A stretch of DNA of 64,000 nucleotides from Piromyces finnis finn (taxonomy: Eukaryota > Fungi > Neocallimastigomycota), in NCBI GenBank assembly GCA_002104945.1, contig MCFH01000055.1:62001-126000 (forward strand), given 5' to 3'. Position numbers and translations under genes: made by a program. Positions 12,991 through 24,496 of the stretch are shown here, one piece after another. Numbering within the stretch: the first letter of the stretch is position 1; every line of letters starts with the position of its first letter. Under the pieces are notes generated by a model that was given only the letters and a program-made list of their open reading frames with translations, was not told the DNA's origin and ran no database searches.

Positions 12991-13844
12991 TGTGTTAAAT
13001 CACGCAGATTCGGGTTAGGTTTGGATTAATTAACTAGGTCGGGAATGGTTATAAACTAATAATAATAGAAATTAATTTTCTTAATTATCCGGTTATTGGA
13101 TTAAATTATATGCAATGGCTTTATTAACTAAAATAACACTTTAATTTCAAATTTCATTAAATTAAAATTAAGTTTAAATCAACTTTTATTTATAAAATTA
13201 GTTACAAGGGAAATCTAATGTAATTTATTAATCTTTACTATTATTAATTTATCTAATTAAAATTAATAATCTTACTACTGATCAACATTTAACTAAACTA
13301 CTCTATTTATACTAATTTCACAAAGTTACAATTTTTACATAATTAATCATTAATCCACATGGCTATTTTATTAATATTAATTAATTAATTTTTGTAACTA
13401 TGATTTTTATAAACTGTTACGAGTAATAATAATTATTAATATAATATATTATTATTTTAAGTCATGAGTTTAAATAACTTCTCACAACTTTTATCATCTG
13501 ATTACTAATTTAGTAATTAATAATTAAATTTATTATTAATAGTAATACTTAAACCAATATCTAAAAGTTTAGAAAAATTTCTATTAATTTTAAGTGTGAA
13601 ATTTTTAATATTTAATTTATACTGAATTCCCTTTAATTGGTCATAAGTATCTCAACTTTTTGGAATATTGATGATTTAAATGTACCAAAAGATAGCTTAG
13701 GCCTTTAGCTTTCTAATGTTCATAATATCATCAAAGTAATTTGATTTTTCCAGTAATTTTCTTGGGTTTCGTAATTCAAACTTCCTTCAAGGGTTAAGTG
13801 TTTCACATCTATGGGATTATCTAAACCCACTTAGATTCATGACA
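12991..13844. mobile_element. Solo LTR, family B
   Basis: TGTGTTAAATCACG...GATTCATGACA; near-identical to 56511-57357. Confidence 0.85.
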
Positions 13845-13850
13845 TTTTGA

Positions 13851-14847
13851 TGTTAAGTTTTTGGATTTGGTTATGCGGCCAGGTCAGAATGTTATCAATT
13901 ATATAGTAAATATGTTTTTAAGAAATTAAATTTAAATATAAAATAACCCTTTAAACTTCCAAATGAAAAATTAATATTTATTCTTTAGAATAACTTTTTT
14001 TATAAAATTTTATTTATTTATTAATAATAATATAAATGATAATATATTTAATAACTATATAATTAAGATTATAACTATAATCTTTACAAAGAATTAAAAT
14101 CAAATTCAATTCATTCTATTTTATATTCTTTGTTCAGATTATTAAATTGATAAAAATAAAGTATTACATGTAATATGTTAATAATATAATAAGATTGTTT
14201 GTTTGTTTGTTTGTTTGTTTTGTCATGACATAAAATAAAATAAACATATGATTAATCATTTAAACACTTGATCTATTAACCTATTTTATAATAATTAAAA
14301 TTATTTAATTTATAAATGTTAACTGTTACACCTAAATGGTTTAGTTCTATTTTTAGTAACAGTCACTATCATTAATTAAATTAATATAATTAGAATTTCT
14401 ATTGATATCTTTTTAATTTTCGTCAAGTCATAAGAAATGTCTATGATCCATACTTGATATCATATTAATTTTAATTTACTTATTAAAATCTTCAAATGAT
14501 CATATCTTCCTTAAATGACCAGTTAGAAGGACCGCGATTATACCAAAATATAGCTTTTCCCTTAAGCTTTCTAATAAACCTGGTTTCACAACCGTAGCAC
14601 TTACAGCCGTAGCGACAGTTTTTGGCGAGTTATGCGTAGTTTCGTATTTGTTTATTTTTGGCTAAGGGTTATAGTGTATTGATATTAAATTTTTTGAAAT
14701 CATAACCCTTTCACTGAACCAAAATTTAAAAGGTGACTTTTAAAGGTGTTTTAAAATAATTATTGGGATCATTTAATTCTAATTATTATGTTTAATTAAT
14801 TATAGATATTATCTGAATTTGTTTTAAATCCAGTTAATATCTTCACA
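13851..14847. mobile_element. Solo LTR, family C
   Basis: TGTTAAG...CTTCACA; 5-bp TSD TTTGA; homologous to 16521-16988. Confidence 0.88.
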
Positions 14848-14913
14848 TTTGAAGTAAAATTCAAAATTAAGATTATTATAAAATTATATCAACGCCTTTT
14901 AAAATTGATAAAA

Positions 14914-14987
14914 GCTCGCGTAGCCTAATTGGATAGGGCGTCAGACTTCTAATCTGAAGATTGCGGGTTCGAGTCCCGCCGTGAGTG
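14914..14987 (+). tRNA. tRNA-Arg-TCT: tRNA-Arg(TCT)
   Basis: GCTCGCG/CGTGAGT acceptor stem; TCAGA-CTTCTAA-TCTGA; GGTTCGAGTCC; T-run downstream. Confidence 0.96.
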
Positions 14988-15069
14988 AATAATGAATTTT
15001 TTTTTACAAAAATTGCTGAATATTTTTATATTATTTTATATTGATTAAAATAAATGTCATTTATTTTTA

Positions 15070-15101
<32 letters not shown>

Positions 15102-15528
15102 GTAATATGTTTTAAACTATAACAAAAAAGAAAAGAACAGAAAAAAAAAGTTTAAAAATTAAAAATTATTGGAGTTAAAAGTTAATGTTAATCATTAAGT
15201 GGACTCTTAAAATTAAATAGATATTTGATGAACTTAAAATAAGATTAAAATTACTTTTATCATAAGCTTGCCAGATAAAATATAACGCAAGTCACAAAAA
15301 TATACTATTTCAATATATACTAATATATTAATTGAAAAGTGAAAATATTTATTATTTATTTAAAAAGTATTGTTTAAAGCTTATTCTTATTAAGTTATAG
15401 AATAAATAATTGATAATTCTAATTATAGATTCTCATAAATGGTTAATAATTGTTATTAATTGCTTCGATCTGTTTCGATCAAATCAAACAATCTTTTGAT
15501 TCTTTGATTAAAGTAATAATATTATTAT

Positions 15529-15875
<347 letters not shown>

Positions 15876-16111
15876 GAAAATTTTTAAATGAAATTATTTT
15901 TCGTAAGTTAGATGACTTGAATAATGATTTAAATATATATATTATCTTTTATTATATTATATATACTATTATTAATCAATTTAATATTTAATATAGTATA
16001 TTGATATAATACTAATTAAATCCTTAATATAACTATACCTTGCTAAGTAATAGTGGAAATTGGGAAAATTAGCAGAAATTTTGTGATAATATAGATTTAA
16101 GTTAAGGCTTC

Positions 16112-16142
<31 letters not shown>

Positions 16143-16520
16143 TTAAGCATTGATATTTCATGAATCAGCAGAAATATCAAATCCATTTTAACATATGTTG
16201 TTGTTCACGAGTGTGACCCTATCTAATAATCATAATTTTATGCAAAAATATTTTCATCCAAAAATTCACATTTGTTGTTGAGCTATGATTGTTTCTCTTT
16301 TGCTATTTATAATCTTAAAGGTTAAAAGTGTTTGCATTAATTTTTTATAAAAGGTAAAGGTCATGCTAATGCTGCTTTAATCTTTAACAAGTTTAATATT
16401 TCTTAACATTGTTATATAATTTTAAAATTTGATAATAATTAATTTTTCTATATTTTAAAAGTAATTTTGCAATTTCAAGATCACTTGAAATTGCAGATTT
16501 CACTAGTATCCGTGACACAT

Positions 16521-16988
16521 TGTTAAATCTTAGAGTTTGGTTATGCGGCCAAGTCAGAATGTTATTAATTACATAGTAAAAATGTTTTGTAAGAAATTAA
16601 ATTTAATTATAATATAACCCTTAAAACTTCCAAATAAGAAAAGTCAATATTTGGTTTTAAAATAACTTTATTATAAAATTTTATTTATTTAATAATAATA
16701 ATATAAAATGATAATATATTTAGTAACTATATAATTAATATTATAACTATAATCTTTACAAAGAATTAAAATCGAATTCAATTCATTCTATTTTTCCTCT
16801 ATTAAGATAGAGATAAGGTATTACATGTAATATATTAATAATAGAATACTTACACTGAATCAAAATTTAAAAGGTGACTTTTAAAGGTGTCTTAAAGTAA
16901 TTATTGAAATTATTTAATTATAATTATTATGTTTAATTAATTATAGATATTATCTGAATTTATTTTAAATCCAGTTAATATCTTCACA
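16521..16988. mobile_element. Solo LTR, family C, internally deleted
   Basis: Both ends match 13851-14847; ~530 bp of the middle is missing. Confidence 0.85.
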
Positions 16989-16991
16989 CAT

Positions 16992-17641
16992 TGTCAAGAA
17001 TCTAAGTGGATTTAAGTTTATAATTAAGTCTACTAGGTTAGGATAGGCTTAATTATATAGTAAAGTAAGTGTTAAGATAAGGAATAATAAATATAGTTTT
17101 TAAAGAATTATTTTATTCAGCTTTTTATTAATATATAAATATTAATTATTAATTTTTAAATATTGAATTTACTATATAAAAAAAGAGTATTAATAATCTC
17201 ACAAAGAACTTCTTAAAATCGTTCTTTGTTCAACTTATTTATACTTTCATTTTTAATATAATATTGATATTAATAAAGTATAATAATAATAATATTTTTA
17301 AGTTATACATGTATAATAATATAAATATAAATATTAATAAAATATAATAATATAATAATATAAAAATATAATTTTCTTTAAATATTGATATTAATAAGTT
17401 GTTAAAAATAATATTAATAATTGTTTAAATGAATCATATTTTACTAATTGGTTTGTTTAATATTAATTAATTGTTACACTATTTATCTCCGGATAATAAA
17501 TAGCTTCCCAATTAATATTTATATTAAATCAACTATTATTAGTAAAATATTATTAAATTAATATTTTAATTAATTTAATTAATAATTTCAAAATTATGAA
17601 ATTTCATGAAATGTCGAATTTCATGAATTGAGATTTTGACA
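16992..17641. mobile_element. Solo LTR, family D (opposite orientation to 31597 and 53738)
   Basis: TGTC..GACA termini; 5-bp TSD CACAT. Confidence 0.9.
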
Positions 17642-18217
17642 CACATATAAAAAATTTATATAGTTTTTATAATTTAGTTAATAAAATTTTCACGAAAAAA
17701 ATTGTAAAAGGTTTTTATATATGTTAGTTAATAAGTTAAATATAACAAGTTAATTAAGTTAGTTATTACCTCTCTATACGAGTTAATAACTAAATAAAGT
17801 TTTATAAAAAATAATAAAAGAACTAAAATAAATATTATAACACAAAAATAAATATAATACGATAAATATTAATATGAAATATTATTTACTTAAATAATTA
17901 TTATAATTATTATCTTTTATTTATTAGTTATAATTATATACATTAATTATTATTATAGCTATTAATTTACTTTAATACTAACGCTAAAGTATTTAACGTT
18001 AGTTTTGACTATACTATTTAACTATATGAGTTTATTTTCTTTACCACTTGATTGGGTAAAGCAAATAGACTTCCTATTTAATTAATAACCATTAATATAT
18101 GGTTATGCATATATTTGGCCAATAAATGGTGACCAGAATATATGGTTTCAATTGAAATATTTGTGGGCAAACTTATGGCCACAAATATTTCTTACAATGC
18201 CCCCCTGAGGAGAAAAC

Positions 18218-18444
18218 CTAGGCAGGGTTTTGGACACTAACCATGAATTCCTGGTAGCATTTATCTTGAAATTCCTTGAGTAGCTTATCATAGTGGGAGT
18301 TCTTGTCAATGATATCAGCATCAACCCACTCTTGTCTAAAGTCACTAAAGGTAGCTAAGTATTGGTAGTTATCCTTCTTTCTTCTGGCATTCATGATTTT
18401 GATAATTTTCTGGTAGCCCACTGGTGCAGGTGTTAGTTCTTGTT
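18218..18444 (-). CDS. Chromodomain-like tail of F integrase in the -1 frame
   Basis: QELTPAPVGYQKIIKIMNARRKKDNYQYLATFSDFRQEWVDADII..LLKEFQ overlaps the pol stop. Confidence 0.7.
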
Positions 18445-21400
18445 ATGGTAGGGTTCAAGTTCACTGATATGAAACACAGGGTAGACATTGGGGAAAGGTG
18501 ACTTGCTGATATCCAACCGGTAGTTAAGCTTGCTTTCATCAATTCCAATAACCTTGAAGGGACCGTACTTTCTTGCTTGTAGCTTGTAGAAGGGAAGAGG
18601 GTTGTAATTTTCTGGTTTTCTTAACCACACCAAATCCATGAGCCTAATTTTAGGGTAGTTAAGTTCTCTTCTATGGTCCAAGTGGTCTAAGAACCGTGTT
18701 CTTGATATGTCCAGCATGTGCTTTAAGTTACCTAAGTTGTGAGCGAAGCTATCTAATATAGGAGCTTCACCAAGTGAGTGGACAAGTTCTGAGTCTTGAG
18801 GGTTCATATGTACCTGGTAGTTATACAAGGCTAGGAATGGGGACTGCTTAGTAGAACTGTGTACTGCATTATTATAGCAGAACTCAGCTAAGTACAAGTA
18901 CTTCAACCATTCGTCGTCATCAAAGGTCTTCACAAAGCATCTAAGGTACATACTTACGTAGGAGTTATTGCGTTCTACCTGACCAACTGTTTCATGATGG
19001 CCAGTAGTAGCAAGGTTTACTTCTACGCCAAAGAACCCCATAATGTCCTTCCACAACTTACTAGTGAACTGGACACCACGATCCGTAGTAACCGATTTGG
19101 GACAACCATGTAACTTGAATACATGTTGTAAGTATGCTAAGGCTGTTTCTTTAGCAGTAGGCATACTCCTAAATCCCACTAAGTGTATCATTTTGGTTAA
19201 CTTATCGCTACAAACCATGATACAACCTCTTCTAGTGACTTCTGGGGGTTCTGAGGGACTACTACCTGGTTTTCTACGTTCCTTAATAGGTAGGTCCGTC
19301 AGGAAGTCGATTTCTACTTCTTGCCAAGGTAAGTCTGCAACTTTTACCCTAGCAGCGCTACCGTACGGCTTGTGTCTGTTGTCCTTTTGGGTACAACATA
19401 TGGTACAAGCTTTAATATATCCCGCAATGTCATCCTTCATTTTTGGCCAGTAGTAGTTTCTGGCTATCAGGTCATAAGTTTTATCTTTTCCCAAATGACC
19501 TGCTGTTTCACTATCGTGGTTAAGTTTTATGATTGTTTCCCTTAACACCTTTGGTACATATGTACGTTCTGGTGCATCCTTTCTAACAATCAACCCATTA
19601 ACCATCAACCACTTCTTTTTGATGAGCTTGTGGCCTCTTTTTGCGTCAAGACCATCTCTAATTTCCCTAGCAAGCTCATCCGTGTTGTAGGCTTGTTTCA
19701 GTTCTCCCACAAAGCTTACTTCTAACACCGCATAGCACTCTTCTTCCACGGGTGGAAATTCTTTTACCTGTTCAGGTCGAAGGAGGCTAGCTTTTTCCAT
19801 CTCCAGTTGTACCTGTTCTGGAGATACCATTCTTGATAGGATATCGGCTCTACCATTCATTTTTCCTGGCCGATATATTATTTCGAAGTCGTATGCAGCA
19901 AACAGCTCTTGCCATCTTGCCTGTCTTGCTGTCAACAACTGTGGTTTTGTGGCGAACAGGAGATTCCTATGGTCACTATATACTAGGACCTTATGTTTCG
20001 CACCCATTAACAGGTGTCGCCACTCGATGAAAGCATTCCTAATAGCCAACAACTCCTTTTCCGTGATGGAGTAGTTGATTTCTGCTTTCGTAAGTTTCTT
20101 GGAATAGTAATACACAGGGTGTAGTTCATTGTCATCGCCTAGTTGTGATAATACACCACCCACTGCGTAGTTACTAGCGTCGCACTCCACTATAAACTGA
20201 CGGTCATGGTCAGGATATGCTAATACTGGTGGAGACAACAGCATTTCTTTTAACTTCTCGAACGCCTGGATGCGTTCTTCATTCCACAGGAATTGTACCT
20301 TTTTGGACGTCATCGCATATAACGGCCTTGCTATCTTAGAGAAGTCCTTTATAAACTTCCTATAATAGTTGCAGAATCCGAGGAATGACTGTAGTTCTTT
20401 AATGTTGGTTGGTTGTGGCCAACTTGCTACAGCTTTTAACTTTTCTGGGTCGGTTTTAATACCATATTTTCCAACTACATGACCCAGGAATGCAAGTTCT
20501 TCCTTGTGGAACTCACACTTCGCTAACTTAGCTACTAGACGATTATCTATTAGCTTTTGTAGGACTCTTTTTACATGCCCTACATGCTCTTCAAGTGACT
20601 TGGAGTAGATGATGATATCATCCAAGTACACTTGACAGCAGTCGTTGATTTCTTCTGCCAGCACCGTATTAATGAACCCTTGGAACGTGGCAGGAGCATT
20701 AGTCAACCCAAATGGCATCACTAGATATTCATAATGCCCAAACTTGGTTGAGAATGCCGTCTTGTATTCGTCACCTTCACGAATACGCACGAGGTTGTAG
20801 GCAGACTTCAAATCCAACTTGGAGAAGATAGTCGCGCCTTTCATAGCCTCAAACACTTGACTGATGAGTGGTAAAGGGAAGGAGTTACGTACTGTTACCT
20901 TATTAAGACGCCTATAATCAGTACATAATCGTCTTTCACCACTCTTTTTGGGCACGAATAACACAGGATAACCTGCAGGACTTTCTGACTTCCTGATGAA
21001 GCCTTTTGCCAGGTTTTCCTCTATATATTCCTTCAGTGCTTTTTCCTCTTCTGGATTGAAGGGATATATAGGCCCTTTATGAAGACTAGCATCCGGCTCC
21101 AGGTCGATCTTACAGTCGTAAGGACGGTGTTCTGGTAGCTGGTTAGCTATTTCTTCATTAAATGCTTCTTTGAAATTGTGGTAGTACTTCTCCACGATTT
21201 CTTCAGGTGTAGGTTGATTTTCGTTTAAGTTTTCTTCCTGTACCAACCCTACGTAAATGTGATTTTTCTCTAAGTTTGACTCTTGTACCAACCCTACTGA
21301 AACACAAGTTTTCTCTAAGTTGGAACTCGATGCCAACCCTCCGGAACTTCCGTTCCTGGTTCCTTTTGTAGCCTTGTGGCTACCATTACCCACGATTTCG

Positions 21401-23616
21401 GCTTCGATGTTTTCTGCGGTTACAGTTACCAGAGGCCTTCTTGCTTTTGCATTAGTAACTGTAGTTATGGGACTTAATTGAGTACAGTAGTAGATATTGC
21501 CGTCATTTACACCATAACTGTTGGTGTGTCCTTTATCCTTATCATTATCTACTACGAAGTACCTCACTTGTGCATCTTTATCATAACCTCTGTAGATAAA
21601 GTGCTCATCCATGAAGCCCAGTCCCACAATGATCATCTCCGGCATATTGTCGGATAGGTGACAACTTGTGTTGAAGCAGTATGGCTTAGCTTCTTGTTCG
21701 CCAGATGGAGTTAACCATAACTTCAACTGCAAGTCATCTGAGAACTGCTTTAACTCGATATCACCATTCACAGTTCTGAATATGGCTGGTTTGTCCACTA
21801 CCTTTAACCCGAGCTTCTTTGCTAAATTTGGGTGAATGAGGTTTGTGGTGGAACCAGTATCATACAAGACTTCTACCCTTTTTATATCTCGAGGGTTGCT
21901 TCTTGCATTTATTTCAGCTACTAGTTGGTTCTGACTGTAGTAGCTGTTATTGACCGTCGTTTGACTTGCCATAGCCTTAGGTAATGGGTTATTTCCCATA
22001 CTAGAAGGTCCTTGCTTTGGTTGGAAGCTAGAACTTCTTCTAAAGCTTGACTTATTTAAGGATTCACGACGTTCTTTGGCACCGTTATTGTTTTTTACGT
22101 AAGCCTGAGTGTTGGTCTGCTCAACTTTAGGCTTATTATTTGGCTTGTTGTTCTTCTGCTTTAACTCAGCCCATCTAGATGGTCTACATGGGTCTGTGAT
22201 ATCCAACAAGGCCATAATAGTGGTCTGGCGGTCTCTTTTGTCGTACTTTTCTATGGTTTCATTACGGAAGACTGCTTGGTGGTCATCGCACTTTAGCAAG
22301 ACTTCACTTAATGTTTCCAGCGTACGTTCCGGTTCAGGGATATCATAGAACGCTTCCCTGACAGAAGGCCTGACCTGTTGTATTAACACCTGTCTCCTAA
22401 CATTTTCAGGAAGCCCAAGTGTTTCCGTCAATTCATTGAACTCTTCCAAATAGTCGTATGCTTTTCCCCACTCATGTGTGAGCTTAAGCAACTTTGACTT
22501 GCAGAGTTCATGGGGAGACTCTGGTGGAAACTTATCTTGAAGGTGGAGGAATAGTCTTTCAGCATCGGGATTCCTACGCTGCAACATCCTCTCTCTAAGT
22601 CTATACCATCTCAATACTTTCCCACCTAGATGATCTTCAATGAAGCTAACCTTTGCCTTTTCGTCGTTACCATAGTCATATGGGTAACGTTTGAAATGAC
22701 GTAAGCACTTCTCTTGAAAACCCTCTAAGTCTATCCCATTATTATCAAACATAGGCACTTTTTCTTCATACCTATGTACTCGCCAATCGAACATCTTCAC
22801 GTCCCCATCCTCGGAATATTCCGTAGGGTTGGTGCTGCTACTAGTTCCAGCACCATGAGGATTACCCATACCACCGGTTTGATAGGATGTTCTTTCATGA
22901 GCTCTGGCTTCAGCTCTTCTGTTCATGGCTTCGACTTTAGCCTCGAACAATTTTTCTCTTTCTTCTAGAGCGTTTCGTTGCTCCCTCAATCTGGCCATCT
23001 CTTCTTCAAGCTCTTTTTTATAAGAGACAAAGGCACTAGATTGACGGTACAACGTTTCTTGGTTGTTTAGCACTTGCTGGTGGTCTTGTAACCTTTCCTC
23101 ATGTTCTGCGGTAAAGGCATTTTCCACAGCATGCAGCTCTTCCAAGCTAACTTGGCTAGCTGACTCATTTGCTTCCAACCTTTGATCCACTTCAACAAAT
23201 TTTTGCTGAAGAGCATCGTTTATCTCGCTCTTGTAAACCTCAATACCCCGAAGTTGTTCTTCCATAGCACCCAGACGGTTTCCCATACTAGCAAACTGGC
23301 TAGATATTTCCGAAACCCATCTATTAAGAAGAACTTCAATGTGTTGCATTGGGTTTACCTCACTATTATTAGTAAAAAAGAAAGAAGGATCAACAGGGGT
23401 GGGCATAGAATCCCCCTGTTGAACCTGTAAATTCTGATTAGATTCGACCTCAGTGCTTTCGAGAAGCACCGGGGTTCGAACCCGTGACATTCCCTCTACA
23501 CCATCCATGCCATCCGCGCTCGCCGCGTCAGGACGGGTCCCGTCCCTTACGAATGATGTTTTTGTGTCCAATTTATGGACACCCCGAGGGTTAGGCGACT
23601 TACCTGCGTTTTTCAT
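18433..23616 (-). CDS. gag-pol: Gag-Pol polyprotein of family F (coiled-coil gag, PR, RT, RNase H, IN), 1727 aa
   Basis: LYDTGST, YLDD, VECDAS, H..GH..C..C, TDRG, YGPF motifs. Confidence 0.96.
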   Translation of the reverse strand: MKNAGKSPNPRGVHKLDTKTSFVRDGTRPDAASADGMDGVEGMSRVRTPVLLESTEVESNQNLQVQQGDSMPTPVDPSFFFTNNSEVNPMQHIEVLLNRWVSEISSQFASMGNRLGAMEEQLRGIEVYKSEINDALQQKFVEVDQRLEANESASQVSLEELHAVENAFTAEHEERLQDHQQVLNNQETLYRQSSAFVSYKKELEEEMARLREQRNALEEREKLFEAKVEAMNRRAEARAHERTSYQTGGMGNPHGAGTSSSTNPTEYSEDGDVKMFDWRVHRYEEKVPMFDNNGIDLEGFQEKCLRHFKRYPYDYGNDEKAKVSFIEDHLGGKVLRWYRLRERMLQRRNPDAERLFLHLQDKFPPESPHELCKSKLLKLTHEWGKAYDYLEEFNELTETLGLPENVRRQVLIQQVRPSVREAFYDIPEPERTLETLSEVLLKCDDHQAVFRNETIEKYDKRDRQTTIMALLDITDPCRPSRWAELKQKNNKPNNKPKVEQTNTQAYVKNNNGAKERRESLNKSSFRRSSSFQPKQGPSSMGNNPLPKAMASQTTVNNSYYSQNQLVAEINARSNPRDIKRVEVLYDTGSTTNLIHPNLAKKLGLKVVDKPAIFRTVNGDIELKQFSDDLQLKLWLTPSGEQEAKPYCFNTSCHLSDNMPEMIIVGLGFMDEHFIYRGYDKDAQVRYFVVDNDKDKGHTNSYGVNDGNIYYCTQLSPITTVTNAKARRPLVTVTAENIEAEIVGNGSHKATKGTRNGSSGGLASSSNLEKTCVSVGLVQESNLEKNHIYVGLVQEENLNENQPTPEEIVEKYYHNFKEAFNEEIANQLPEHRPYDCKIDLEPDASLHKGPIYPFNPEEEKALKEYIEENLAKGFIRKSESPAGYPVLFVPKKSGERRLCTDYRRLNKVTVRNSFPLPLISQVFEAMKGATIFSKLDLKSAYNLVRIREGDEYKTAFSTKFGHYEYLVMPFGLTNAPATFQGFINTVLAEEINDCCQVYLDDIIIYSKSLEEHVGHVKRVLQKLIDNRLVAKLAKCEFHKEELAFLGHVVGKYGIKTDPEKLKAVASWPQPTNIKELQSFLGFCNYYRKFIKDFSKIARPLYAMTSKKVQFLWNEERIQAFEKLKEMLLSPPVLAYPDHDRQFIVECDASNYAVGGVLSQLGDDNELHPVYYYSKKLTKAEINYSITEKELLAIRNAFIEWRHLLMGAKHKVLVYSDHRNLLFATKPQLLTARQARWQELFAAYDFEIIYRPGKMNGRADILSRMVSPEQVQLEMEKASLLRPEQVKEFPPVEEECYAVLEVSFVGELKQAYNTDELAREIRDGLDAKRGHKLIKKKWLMVNGLIVRKDAPERTYVPKVLRETIIKLNHDSETAGHLGKDKTYDLIARNYYWPKMKDDIAGYIKACTICCTQKDNRHKPYGSAARVKVADLPWQEVEIDFLTDLPIKERRKPGSSPSEPPEVTRRGCIMVCSDKLTKMIHLVGFRSMPTAKETALAYLQHVFKLHGCPKSVTTDRGVQFTSKLWKDIMGFFGVEVNLATTGHHETVGQVERNNSYVSMYLRCFVKTFDDDEWLKYLYLAEFCYNNAVHSSTKQSPFLALYNYQVHMNPQDSELVHSLGEAPILDSFAHNLGNLKHMLDISRTRFLDHLDHRRELNYPKIRLMDLVWLRKPENYNPLPFYKLQARKYGPFKVIGIDESKLNYRLDISKSPFPNVYPVFHISELEPYHNKN

Positions 23617-23906
23617 TTCTAATTCGAAAATAAATTCTTTTAATAAATTAAAGAATTTATTATATAAAATATGGTTATAATGAATTTTAAAATTTACAAA
23701 TAATGAATTTTTAATGTTAAACTATTAAAAAATAATTATTTTTAATAATAAATTTACTTCTTTTAAATATAATATTTGAATATTATATAAAATATTGTAA
23801 ATAATTATTATTAAACAATAATTTAAATAAAATAAAATATGTTTTTTAAGAATTTTTAATAACACTAACCTAATTAAAACTAAGCTAACGTAAGAACTAA
23901 CTATAA

Positions 23907-23917
23907 AGCGTTAGTAT
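23907..23917 (-). promoter_or_regulatory. Self-priming PBS of family F (ATACTAACGCT)
   Basis: Abuts the 5' LTR; exact 11-nt complement inside the LTR at 24190-24200. Confidence 0.85.
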
Positions 23918-24423
23918 TGTAAAAGGTTTTTATATATGTTAGTTAATAAGTTAAATATAACAAGTTAATTAAGTTAGTTATTACCTCTCTATACGAGTTA
24001 ATAACTAAATAAAGTTTTATAAAAAATAATAAAAGAACTAAAATAAATATTATAACACAAAAATAAATATAATACGATAAATATTAATATGAAATATTAT
24101 TTACTTAAATAATTATTATAATTATTATCTTTTATTTATTAGTTATAATTATATACATTAATTATTATTATAGCTATTAATTTACTTTAATACTAACGCT
24201 AAAGTATTTAACGTTAGTTTTGACTATACTATTTAACTATATGAGTTTATTTTCTTTACCACTTGATTGGGTAAAGCAAATAGACTTCCTATTTAATTAA
24301 TAACCATTAATATATGGTTATGCATATATTTGGCCAATAAATGGTGACCAGAATATATGGTTTCAATTGAAATATTTGTGGGCAAACTTATGGCCACAAA
24401 TATTTCTTACAAAAATGTGTAAA

Positions 24424-24496
24424 GCGAAGTTGGCGCAGTCGGCAGCGCGTAAGTCTCATAATCTTAAGGTCGTGAGTTCGAACCTCACACTTCGCA
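24424..24496 (+). tRNA. tRNA-Met-CAT: tRNA-Met(CAT), elongator type
   Basis: GCGAAGT/ACTTCGC stem (G1-C72); CTCATAA loop; GTTCGAACC. Confidence 0.95.

Larger units (their letters stand above)
12231..14891 (+). mobile_element. Older family A solo LTR split by nested B and C LTRs; ends 22 bp upstream of tRNA-Arg
   Basis: A-LTR homology 12231-12990, 13845-13850 and 14848-14891 (TTTGAAGTAAAATTC..TATATCA). Confidence 0.9.
17703..24411 (-). mobile_element. Full-length young chromovirus (Tf1-like), family F, 12 bp upstream of tRNA-Met
   Basis: 494-bp LTRs 17703-18196 and 23918-24411, identical by eye; TSD AAAAT; single gag-pol ORF; AGGGGGCA PPT next to the 3' LTR. Confidence 0.97.

Noticed and set aside
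19043-23680. Short plus-strand ORFs antisense to F gag-pol, and similar overlapping ORFs in A, J and G
   Set aside because: Shadow frames of the polyproteins with no recognisable motifs
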